A stretch of DNA of 64,000 bases from Bacillota bacterium. GTDB lineage: Bacteria; Bacillota_I; Bacilli_A; ML615J-28; CAG-698. The stretch spans positions 14,987-78,986 of the forward strand of contig JAEEHM010000093.1 in NCBI GenBank assembly GCA_016280895.1, read 5' to 3'. This document shows positions 31,281 to 39,801 of the stretch, piece by piece; position 1 is the stretch's first letter, and every line of letters starts with the position of its first letter. Under the pieces are notes generated by a model that was given only the letters and a program-made list of their open reading frames with translations, had not been told where the DNA came from and did no database searches. A program made the translations under genes and the position numbers.

Positions 31281-32321
31281 ATGTCAATTTTTAAAAATAA
31301 AGTTTTAATGATTACAGGTGGTACTGGATCTTTTGGCAATGCAGTATTAAATAGATTTTTGCCATCTGATATTGCTGAAATACGAATTTTTTCTCGAGAT
31401 GAAAAGAAACAAGATGATATGAGACATGAATATCAAGCTAAATATCCTGAATATGCTAATAAGATTAAATTCTATATTGGCGATGTTAGAAATTTAGAAT
31501 CATGTAGAAGTGCTATGTATGGAGTAGACTATATATTCCATGCGGCTGCTTTAAAACAAGTGCCATCTTGTGAATTTTTCCCAATGGAAGCTGTAAAAAC
31601 AAATGTTATTGGTACAGATAATGTATTAACTGCCGCAATTGAAGCAGGTGTTAAATGTGTTATTTGTTTATCTACTGATAAAGCAGCATATCCAATTAAT
31701 GCTATGGGTATCACAAAAGCAATTGAAGAAAAGATTGCTGTTGCTAAATCTAGAAATAGCGGTAATACTAGAATTTGTTGCACAAGATATGGAAATGTAA
31801 TGTGCTCACGTGGTTCTGTTATTCCACTATGGATTGATCAAATTAAACAAGGTTTACCTATTACTATTACAGAACCTTCAATGACAAGATTTATTATGTC
31901 ACTTGATGAAGCTGTTGATCTTGTATTATTCGCATTTGAGCATGGTGAAAATGGAGATATCTTAGTTCAAAAAGCTCCAGCTTGTACTATAAAGACACAA
32001 GCAGAAGCTGTATGTGAATTATTTGGTGGCAAGAAAGAAGATATTAGAGTAATCGGTATTAGACATGGTGAAAAATTATATGAAACATTACTTACAAATG
32101 AGGAATGTGCTAAAGCCGTAGATATGGGTAATTTCTTTAGAGTTCCTGCTGATAATCGTGGATTAAATTATGATAAGTATTTTACAGAAGGTAATGTTGA
32201 AAGAAACACATTGACTGAGTTTAATTCTAATAACACAAAGAGATTGAATCTTAAAGAAACAAAAGAAAAAATTGCTTCACTTGAATATATTCAAGAAGAA
32301 CTTAAAAAGATGGAGAAATAG
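31281..32321 (+). CDS. fnlA: UDP-GlcNAc 4,6-dehydratase/5-epimerase (FnlA/WbjB/CapE)
   Basis: TGGTGSFG, FSRDEKKQDDMR, AALKQVPSCEFFP, STDKAAYPINAMG, GIRHGEK. Confidence 0.9.
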   Translation: MSIFKNKVLMITGGTGSFGNAVLNRFLPSDIAEIRIFSRDEKKQDDMRHEYQAKYPEYANKIKFYIGDVRNLESCRSAMYGVDYIFHAAALKQVPSCEFFPMEAVKTNVIGTDNVLTAAIEAGVKCVICLSTDKAAYPINAMGITKAIEEKIAVAKSRNSGNTRICCTRYGNVMCSRGSVIPLWIDQIKQGLPITITEPSMTRFIMSLDEAVDLVLFAFEHGENGDILVQKAPACTIKTQAEAVCELFGGKKEDIRVIGIRHGEKLYETLLTNEECAKAVDMGNFFRVPADNRGLNYDKYFTEGNVERNTLTEFNSNNTKRLNLKETKEKIASLEYIQEELKKMEK

Positions 32322-32322
32322 G

Positions 32323-33177
32323 ATGAGATTTTTAATTTGCGGATGCAATGGAATGGCTGGACATACTATATCTTTGTATTTAAAAGAGCAAGGACATTAT
32401 GTGTTTGGCTTTGATAGAAATAAATCTAATTTAATAGATTCGGTTGCTGGTGATGCATGTGATAAAGAATTTGTTAAAAACTTAGTATTATCAGGAAATT
32501 ATGATACAGTAATAAATTGTATTGGAATATTAAACCAAGCAGCAGAAGATAATAAAGCACTTGCAACATATCTTAATTCATATTTTCCTCATTTTTTAGC
32601 TGATATTACTAAAGACACTAACATACAAGTAATTCATATGTCTACTGACTGTGTATTTAGTGGTAAAAGAGGAGAATATACAGAGAATGATTTTCAAGAT
32701 GGAACTACTTTCTATGATAGAAGTAAGGCCCTTGGAGAATTAAATGATAATAAGAATATCACATTAAGAAATTCTATTGTCGGACCTGATATTAATCCAA
32801 AAGGAATCGGATTATTAAATTGGTTTATGCAACAAAAAGAAGAAATTAATGGATATACAAAAGCAATGTGGACAGGACAAACTACATTACAACTTGCTAA
32901 AACTATGGAATATGCAGCGATTCATAGATCAAGTGGATTAGTAAATGCTGTACCTGACCATTCTATTTCTAAATGTGATTTATGTGGATTATTTAATAAA
33001 TATCTAAGAAATAATAAAATAATCATTCATCCAGTAGATGGAATTAATGCAGATAAGAGTTTAAAAAGAACAAATTTTAAATTTGATTATTTAATTCCTG
33101 ATTATGAAACACAAATAAAAGAATTATCAGAATGGATATATAAACATAAAGAATTATATCCTCATTATAATTTATAA
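32323..33177 (+). CDS. RmlD-like SDR reductase (FnlB/WbjC-type)
   Basis: GCNGMAG, INCIG, HMSTDCVFSG, YDRSKALGE; sits between fnlA and fnlC. Confidence 0.75.
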   Translation: MRFLICGCNGMAGHTISLYLKEQGHYVFGFDRNKSNLIDSVAGDACDKEFVKNLVLSGNYDTVINCIGILNQAAEDNKALATYLNSYFPHFLADITKDTNIQVIHMSTDCVFSGKRGEYTENDFQDGTTFYDRSKALGELNDNKNITLRNSIVGPDINPKGIGLLNWFMQQKEEINGYTKAMWTGQTTLQLAKTMEYAAIHRSSGLVNAVPDHSISKCDLCGLFNKYLRNNKIIIHPVDGINADKSLKRTNFKFDYLIPDYETQIKELSEWIYKHKELYPHYNL

Positions 33178-33190
33178 AAGGAGATTTTCC

Positions 33191-34315
33191 ATGAGTAAAT
33201 TAAAATTAATGACAATTGTGGGTACTAGACCAGAAATCATTAAAATGTCAGCAATTATTAAAAAATGTGACAAATACTTTGATCATGTTTTAGTTCATAC
33301 TGGCCAAAACTATGATTATCAATTAAATCAAGTTTTCTTTAATGATTTAGGTTTGAGAGAACCAGATTATTATCTAGGCGTTGTTGGAAATGATTTAGGA
33401 GAAACAATGGGAAATGTTATTGCTAAATCATATAAATTAATGAGTGAAGTAAAACCAGATGCTATAATTGTATTAGGTGATACTAATTCTTGTTTATGTG
33501 TACTTGCTGCTAAGAGATTACATATACCAGTTTTTCATATGGAAGCTGGTAACAGATGCAAAGATGAAAATTTACCAGAAGAAGTAATAAGAAGAATTGT
33601 AGATGTAACATCAGATGTCAATTTATGTTATTCTGAACATGCAAGAAGATATATTTTAGATAGTGGTGTTAAACCAGAATACACATTTGTTGTTGGATCT
33701 CCAATGACTGAAGTATTAAATGGATGTATTGATAAAGTTAATAATTCTAAAATATTAGAAGAACTAGGATTAAAGAAGAATGGATATATTTTGCTTTCTG
33801 CTCATAGAGAAGAAAATATTGATAATGAAGCTAATTTCTTTAGCTTAATGAATGCTGTAAATGCAATGGCAGAAAAATATGATATGCCAATTCTTTATAG
33901 TTGTCACCCGCGTTCTAAAAAATATATTGAAGCAAGGGGATTTAAATTTGATAAGAGAGTAATACAACATCAACCACTAGGTTTCTTTGATTACAATAAA
34001 CTTCAACAAAATGCTTTTTGTGTAGTTTCTGATAGTGGAACTATACCTGAAGAAGGTTCATATTTTAAATTTCCCGCAGTATCAGTAAGAACATCTACTG
34101 AAAGACCAGAAGCTATGGACAAAGGAGTGTTTGTGATAGGATCAATATCTACTGAAAAAGTATTACAAGCAGTAGACTTAGCAGTAGAAATGCATAAGAA
34201 TGGTGATGATGGATTAACTGTACCAGCATATGCTGATGAAAATGTATCAACAAAAGTTATTAAGATTATTCAAAGTTATACTGGAATCATCAATAAGATG
34301 GTTTGGAAAAAATGA
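33191..34315 (+). CDS. fnlC: UDP-2-acetamido-2,6-dideoxy-L-talose 2-epimerase (FnlC/WbjD, WecB family)
   Basis: VGTRPEIIK, HTGQNYD, GDTNS, HMEAGNR, HREEN, SDSGT, TERPE. Confidence 0.85.
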   Translation: MSKLKLMTIVGTRPEIIKMSAIIKKCDKYFDHVLVHTGQNYDYQLNQVFFNDLGLREPDYYLGVVGNDLGETMGNVIAKSYKLMSEVKPDAIIVLGDTNSCLCVLAAKRLHIPVFHMEAGNRCKDENLPEEVIRRIVDVTSDVNLCYSEHARRYILDSGVKPEYTFVVGSPMTEVLNGCIDKVNNSKILEELGLKKNGYILLSAHREENIDNEANFFSLMNAVNAMAEKYDMPILYSCHPRSKKYIEARGFKFDKRVIQHQPLGFFDYNKLQQNAFCVVSDSGTIPEEGSYFKFPAVSVRTSTERPEAMDKGVFVIGSISTEKVLQAVDLAVEMHKNGDDGLTVPAYADENVSTKVIKIIQSYTGIINKMVWKK

Positions 34316-34360
34316 AAGAATTAAAAAAGGTTGTAAGTTTAAGCAAAAGAGGAAGGGAAA

Positions 34361-34903
34361 ATGATAAAAATGATTATTTTACCATTTAAAGTATTAAAAA
34401 AACATTGTATTGTACACCTCTTGTGGTTTCTATTTGTGCCAGTAATATCATCAATTGGTTTAATATTTAATTTAATGAATTCAAATATGCCACAAGTAGT
34501 AGAAGATATTGGGATAGGATATTTTTATATTATTTCAATAGCATTAATTTGCTCAAGCATTTATGATATTGCAGTGTGTTTTTATGAATTTGTGATTGAA
34601 AAACGTAAAGATACATTTATGGTATTTAAATTATGGTCTTTTTTTGTACTACTAGTTCTTATTATTCCAACTATTCTATTTCAAACTACTAAGATAGGAG
34701 ATTTATGGCCTATACAATTCGTTTTATTTGTTATAGTATGTTTTATATCTTTCTATGTAAGGTTAGTATTTAAAATGGATACATATTTAAATGAAGATGG
34801 TGACTATCTGCTTAAAGAAAATGAAGATATTGAGAAACTAAAAAAGAATCTAAGAAAGGGAAACAATCCATCGGCTCCTGATGGAACAAATATAAAAGTA
34901 TGA
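34361..34903 (+). CDS. Hypothetical 4-TM membrane protein
   Basis: Four hydrophobic segments and a charged C-terminal tail; ATGA overlap with the DGQHR gene. Confidence 0.7.
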   Translation: MIKMIILPFKVLKKHCIVHLLWFLFVPVISSIGLIFNLMNSNMPQVVEDIGIGYFYIISIALICSSIYDIAVCFYEFVIEKRKDTFMVFKLWSFFVLLVLIIPTILFQTTKIGDLWPIQFVLFVIVCFISFYVRLVFKMDTYLNEDGDYLLKENEDIEKLKKNLRKGNNPSAPDGTNIKV

Positions 34904-35979
34904 AAAAAATATATTTGATTAAAATTAGTCAGCCCATTGGAACTTTTTATTGTGGCAAGATTTTCAGTGATGATTTAAAAATTATAGCCTCTCCTCAGAA
35001 GAGAGATAATACTGGCGGAATTCAAAGACGTTTAAGAGCTGAGAGGATAAAAGATATTTCTCAGTATTGCGAAGATCCAGATGCAACATTTCCCACTCCA
35101 ATTATTATTGCAATAGACGAAAGCAATAATCTTAAAAAGTTGGAGAATGATATTTTTGAATATGATTTAGATATGAATGAAAAAATTCATGCCGAAATTC
35201 TCGATGGCCAACATAGATTGTACGGAATAATTGATTCTAAAAAGAATATAGAGTTGCCAATAGTAATTATGTTTAATTTAACTGAAGAAGAAAAAGCATA
35301 TATTTTTTCAACAATTAATAGTAATCAACAAAAAGTTGATAAATCACTGATATATGATTTGTTTGAGTTAAGTAGAACAAGAAGCCCATATAAAACTTGT
35401 CATGAATTAGCAAGACTCTTTAATTCAAATAACAGCTCTCCATTTTATGGTAGATTAAAAATGTTGGAAACTAGGGAGTCAGAAAATGAAACATTATCAC
35501 AAGGGACATTTGTTAGATATGTTTTAAATTTGGTTACTGATAATCCACAAAAAGATTATATAGATTTGAAAAGTGGGAAAAGAATAAAATATGAAAACGC
35601 AAGTTGTCCTTTGAGATACTATTTTTTGAATAACCAAGACGAGGTAATCTACCTTATTTTATCAAATTGTTTCAGCGCCGCCAAAAATGTGTTTAGAGAA
35701 GAATGGGATAACCCAAAAAGATATATTTTGACTAAAACAACAGGTTTTGGAGGAATTGTCAAGTTTTTAAAGAGCGCTTTACCTATGATATTTAAAGGGT
35801 CGAAAGATTTGACCATTGCAGCATTTGAAAAAATCTTTAAAAATGTTAAAAATGATTTTTCTATTCAACATATAGTTTTAACTTCTTCCTTTTTTCCACC
35901 TGGTGAAATGGGCGAAAAAAAGCTGGCTGAATATATAAATAATGCTTTTATCAAATTATTGGAACACAATGAAATCTAA
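34900..35979 (+). CDS. DGQHR-domain (ParB/DndB-like) protein
   Basis: [34 protein letters not shown]. Confidence 0.9.
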   Translation: MKKIYLIKISQPIGTFYCGKIFSDDLKIIASPQKRDNTGGIQRRLRAERIKDISQYCEDPDATFPTPIIIAIDESNNLKKLENDIFEYDLDMNEKIHAEILDGQHRLYGIIDSKKNIELPIVIMFNLTEEEKAYIFSTINSNQQKVDKSLIYDLFELSRTRSPYKTCHELARLFNSNNSSPFYGRLKMLETRESENETLSQGTFVRYVLNLVTDNPQKDYIDLKSGKRIKYENASCPLRYYFLNNQDEVIYLILSNCFSAAKNVFREEWDNPKRYILTKTTGFGGIVKFLKSALPMIFKGSKDLTIAAFEKIFKNVKNDFSIQHIVLTSSFFPPGEMGEKKLAEYINNAFIKLLEHNEI

Positions 35980-36223
35980 TAGTGATAACTTTAGAGCATC
36001 TTCAATACAAGGAGTAATGAAGAGAGTAAAAGCTAAAGGAGTAAAGGTAATAATATATGAACCAACACTAGAAGATGGAAGTGAATTCTTTGGATCTGTT
36101 GTTGTAAATGATTTAAATAAGTTTAAATCATTATGTGATTGTATTATAGCTAATAGATATGATTCTTGTTTAGATGATGTAGAAGATAAAGTTTATACAA
36201 GAGATTTATTTAGAAGAGATTAA
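35966..36223 (+). pseudogene. ugd: 3' fragment of UDP-glucose 6-dehydrogenase (copy 1)
   Basis: [20 protein letters not shown]...IIYEP...IIANR...KVYTRDLF; no N-terminus. Confidence 0.85.
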
Positions 36224-36225
36224 CT

Positions 36226-36252
36226 AAACTGGACTTGATAGTCCAGTTTTAA
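36226..36252 (+). terminator. Terminator after the ugd fragment
   Basis: aaactggact-tgat-agtccagttt; a degenerate copy follows ugd copy 2. Confidence 0.6.
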
Positions 36253-36364
36253 TTACTAAAATAACACTCTACTCTTTGACATTATTGGACAATTATTATA
36301 TAATATAGTTAATAGAAATATAATATATTTATTCAAATATTAAATATTACTTTGGAGCATAAAT

Positions 36365-37453
36365 ATGGATTATGATTTATTAGTTGTAGGAAACGGGTTT
36401 GATTTGGGATCTAATTTTAAGACAAGTTATAAAGATTTTTTAATATATGAGGGACAAAAAGGTATTACTAATCCTTTGATTTCATTTTTGTCTAGCGCTT
36501 ATAATAAGAATTATTTTGTTAATGAAGATTGGAACGGCTTTGAAAAACTAATTTGTCAATATCTTCAATTTATAGCGTATTGTTTTAGTGAAAACGAAAA
36601 TATAGAAACGTGGTTTTCAGAAGCTGAACCAGATGGATTTGGCTCGTATGGTCATAGATTTTACTACTGGAAAATTAAAGATATTAGAAAGATACCTAGT
36701 AATATTTTTTTAATAATTAATCTACAAAATCCGCTAGATAGACTTATGTGGATATCTACGGAATCAAATTTTATATCCAGCTTTGCTGGTGCAGATTCGT
36801 ACTCTTCTTTGAAAGAATTATATTTTAGAGTACGTATTTGTGCTAATAAAGTTAATGCTACAAAAGAATATGCTATGAATTATATATTAGACGAATTTAA
36901 TGCAGAATTACTTCGTTTAGAAGAAGAATTACAAAATTATATTAAGATTTCTACTGATCAAATTAAAGCACCAGCATTAATTGCTAATCACAAACCTCAT
37001 AGAATTGTTTCATTTAATTATAGTGAAACAGCACAAAAGTATTATGGCCTTGATGAAGAGCATATTGCATATATTCATGGAAAGGTATCGACAAATGTCG
37101 TCATAGGTGTAGAACCATCAATGATACAAAATCAAACATTTGATGAGGAATCTAATTTTATTAGGTTTTTTAAACGCTTTAGACGCATTTATAAAAACTG
37201 TAATAGTGATTACAATAATAAAATAATAAATCAACTGCCTAATAATTCTATAATTGCAGTCTTTGGGCACTCCCTTGATTTATCTGATAAGTCAATTTTA
37301 AAACCGCTATTTGAAAAACGATATAAACAATATGACATATATTGTTATGGAAATAAAGAGGTTTACGAATTGAAATTATCAAAATTGATAGGACTTGATT
37401 TATTAGATGAATTATATAATGATAATAAGATAAATTTTATTGAAGTTAATTAG
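36365..37453 (+). CDS. AbiH family abortive-infection protein
   Basis: LVVGNGFDL, TSYKDF, SFNYS, YIHG, VFGHSL...D. Confidence 0.85.
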   Translation: MDYDLLVVGNGFDLGSNFKTSYKDFLIYEGQKGITNPLISFLSSAYNKNYFVNEDWNGFEKLICQYLQFIAYCFSENENIETWFSEAEPDGFGSYGHRFYYWKIKDIRKIPSNIFLIINLQNPLDRLMWISTESNFISSFAGADSYSSLKELYFRVRICANKVNATKEYAMNYILDEFNAELLRLEEELQNYIKISTDQIKAPALIANHKPHRIVSFNYSETAQKYYGLDEEHIAYIHGKVSTNVVIGVEPSMIQNQTFDEESNFIRFFKRFRRIYKNCNSDYNNKIINQLPNNSIIAVFGHSLDLSDKSILKPLFEKRYKQYDIYCYGNKEVYELKLSKLIGLDLLDELYNDNKINFIEVN

Positions 37454-37477
37454 TATTATTTCTATATATAAATTGAA

Positions 37478-37826
37478 ATTAATATCATAGAACCAATTGA
37501 AGTATTTGATTGTCATAACTTTGAAGCAAGATCTTATTTAATATTAACTGATAGTGGTGGAATACAAGAAGAAGCACCAGCATATGGTGTACCAGTATTA
37601 GTAATGAGAGATACTACTGAAAGACATGAAGGAGTACAAGCAGGTACATTAAAAACTAGTAGGAACATCTGAAGAAGTAATATATAATGAATTTACTAAA
37701 CTTCTTAATAATAAAGAAGAATATGCTAAAATGGCAAAAGCAGTAAATCCATATGGAGATGGACATGCTTGTGAAAGAATTGCTGATATTCTAGAAGGAA
37801 AAGAATATCAGGAGTGGAAGAATTAA
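37478..37826 (+). pseudogene. wecB: 3' fragment of wecB with a frameshift; a different allele from the intact gene at 51171
   Basis: IIEPIEVFDCHNFEARSYLILTDSGGIQEEAP...NPYGDGHACERIADILEGKEYQEWKN*; extra A near 37655. Confidence 0.85.
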
Positions 37827-37886
37827 ACTTAAGCATTTCACATAGAGATGCCAATTATACTAAAAATGAATGGAGGGAATTGATAA

Positions 37887-38078
37887 ATGACATTTTATGA
37901 AATTATTTCAGTTGTTTTAGCTAGTATTAGTTCTTTGGTCGCGATTTTATCTTTTATTTTTAGTTTTAAAACTAAAAAGAAATATGATAGTTTCATGAAG
38001 TCACAGTTGAAAATTGATAAGAACGCTGGTGTTGCTGTAGGTGTTAATAATGGTGAAGTCAATGTCAAACAAAAGTGA
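37887..38078 (+). CDS. Small single-TM protein with a C-terminal NAGVAVGVNNGEVN motif
   Basis: GGAGG RBS; hydrophobic residues 3-27; motif shared with the next gene. Confidence 0.75.
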   Translation: MTFYEIISVVLASISSLVAILSFIFSFKTKKKYDSFMKSQLKIDKNAGVAVGVNNGEVNVKQK

Positions 38079-39129
38079 TATTTCTACTAACAACGGCACA
38101 GCTGTTGGAGTCAATAATGGTGAGATTAACATACAAAATGGTCTAACTTTAGAAGGATTAAGACCTTATATTGAAGAAGTTGTTTGTTCTGAGATTGAAA
38201 AATACAAGAATAAAGCCCTTGAAACAGCAAGATTACGTGATGGCGAGTTCGTAGTTTCAGTATTTGACAAGTTAAACAAATTGGAAACTAAGATTGAAAA
38301 AGTCCAAGAAGCCTTATCATCTCCATCAATGCAGTTTGATTTATTAGAAGCAGAAAGGGGATATATTAAAACAGGAAGCCAGTCTTTGCTGAATATTTTG
38401 GGAGAATTAATTGCAGAAAGAGTTAATTGTAATGAGGCGACTATTAAACAAATAGTACTTAGTGAAGCAATTAAGACAGCTCCTATTCTCTTGGATAAGC
38501 AACTTGATATTTTGGCGTTGAGGTTTATTATTTCAAGAACGAGCCTTCCTGGAACTAGAACATTAAAACAATTGATTTCTTTTCTTAAAGAAGATGTGTT
38601 ACCTTTTTGTTCTAGAGTAAATAAAATAGATAGAGTAGATTTTGAACATCTTGATTATACTAGGTGTTCAATAAAGAGCGTTATGTCTACTTCGCTATAC
38701 ACTATTTTGTGGCACAACTATACTTCTGCTTTTTATGTGCCATTTTCTTCTGATTTATTAAAGATGGAACTTATTAATGGCAAGAACTTATATGAGTGGT
38801 ATCCTGAAGTGTTTATTAACGATGGAATAAACACATTAACATTTAGAAAGAATAATTATTCGGAGTTTTCAAATCAATTAAATGAAAGGAAGGATATACC
38901 TGAATCTGTTAAAAATAAAATGATTACATTTTATAAAACCCATTGCATCGAGGAAAAGAAAGCATTTGATTATCTATTGAAAAATGCACCTGAATTGGAG
39001 CCGATAAATGAAATGTGGGATAAAGGAGTTTCATCGATTGTTTTAAGTTCAATTGGACTAGCTATAGGAGCCATTCATATTAAAAATAATGTAAATTCAT
39101 ATATTGATTTAGACATTTGGATTCATTAA
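38062..39129 (+). CDS. LPO_1073/Vpar_1526-like protein with an N-terminal NNGTAVGVNNGEIN motif
   Basis: P.MQFDL..A...YIKTG, L.ELIAERV, IVLSEAIK, FEHLDYTRC, LSSIGLAIG, C-terminal DLDIWI pattern recalled for this family; ATG 38062. Confidence 0.7.
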   Translation: MSNKSDISTNNGTAVGVNNGEINIQNGLTLEGLRPYIEEVVCSEIEKYKNKALETARLRDGEFVVSVFDKLNKLETKIEKVQEALSSPSMQFDLLEAERGYIKTGSQSLLNILGELIAERVNCNEATIKQIVLSEAIKTAPILLDKQLDILALRFIISRTSLPGTRTLKQLISFLKEDVLPFCSRVNKIDRVDFEHLDYTRCSIKSVMSTSLYTILWHNYTSAFYVPFSSDLLKMELINGKNLYEWYPEVFINDGINTLTFRKNNYSEFSNQLNERKDIPESVKNKMITFYKTHCIEEKKAFDYLLKNAPELEPINEMWDKGVSSIVLSSIGLAIGAIHIKNNVNSYIDLDIWIH

Positions 39130-39162
39130 TAATAAAAATTCGCCAAGTATTGATAAGAGTAT

Positions 39163-39534
39163 ATGATAATTGTTGAATTTAATAGAAATAGAAAAGATCA
39201 TATAGCAGATGCAGTACTTGCAAAAGCCGGATTTACTGAAAAGAATGCTAATAAGATAACAATAGGATTATTTAGATTAACAATGAAATCTAATAGTGAT
39301 AACTTTAGAGCATCTTCAATACAAGGAGTAATGAAGAGAGTAAAAGCTAAAGGAGTAAAGGTAATAATATATGAACCAATGCTAGAAGATGGAAGTGAAT
39401 TCTTTGGATCTGTTGTTGTAAATGATTTAAATAAGTTTAAAAAAGAATGTAATTGTATTATAGCTAATAGATATGATTCTTGCTTAGATGATGCCGAAGA
39501 TGAAGCTTTCACAAGATTTTTTAAAAGAAAATAA
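39163..39534 (+). pseudogene. ugd: 3' fragment of UDP-glucose 6-dehydrogenase (copy 2)
   Basis: [14 protein letters not shown]...[16 protein letters not shown]; 39280-39440 is nearly identical to 35966-36127. Confidence 0.85.
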
Positions 39535-39801
39535 GTAAATTGGATTTAAAAAACAAGTTTTAATTTTAGTAGCATGATTTGTAAGATGATTGAATCAAGA
39601 CAATAAGTATTAAATAATAAAAAAAAGTAAAAACTAATTAGAATTGCATTTAATGAAATTGTAATAACAAGATGTAGGAAAGCTTAATATAAATAACCAG
39701 AACAAAGCTAGAAATTGAGTATCTAATCAAAAAAAATCTAGGCTATTGTTTGTAAAAGGTAATTTCATATAGCACTGCAGCGTAATATAGAAAGAGGGAA
39801 A

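Noticed and set aside
35942-36223. ugd ORFs (here and 39163..39534) as functional genes
   Set aside because: Only the C-terminal part is present, with no NAD-binding or catalytic domains.
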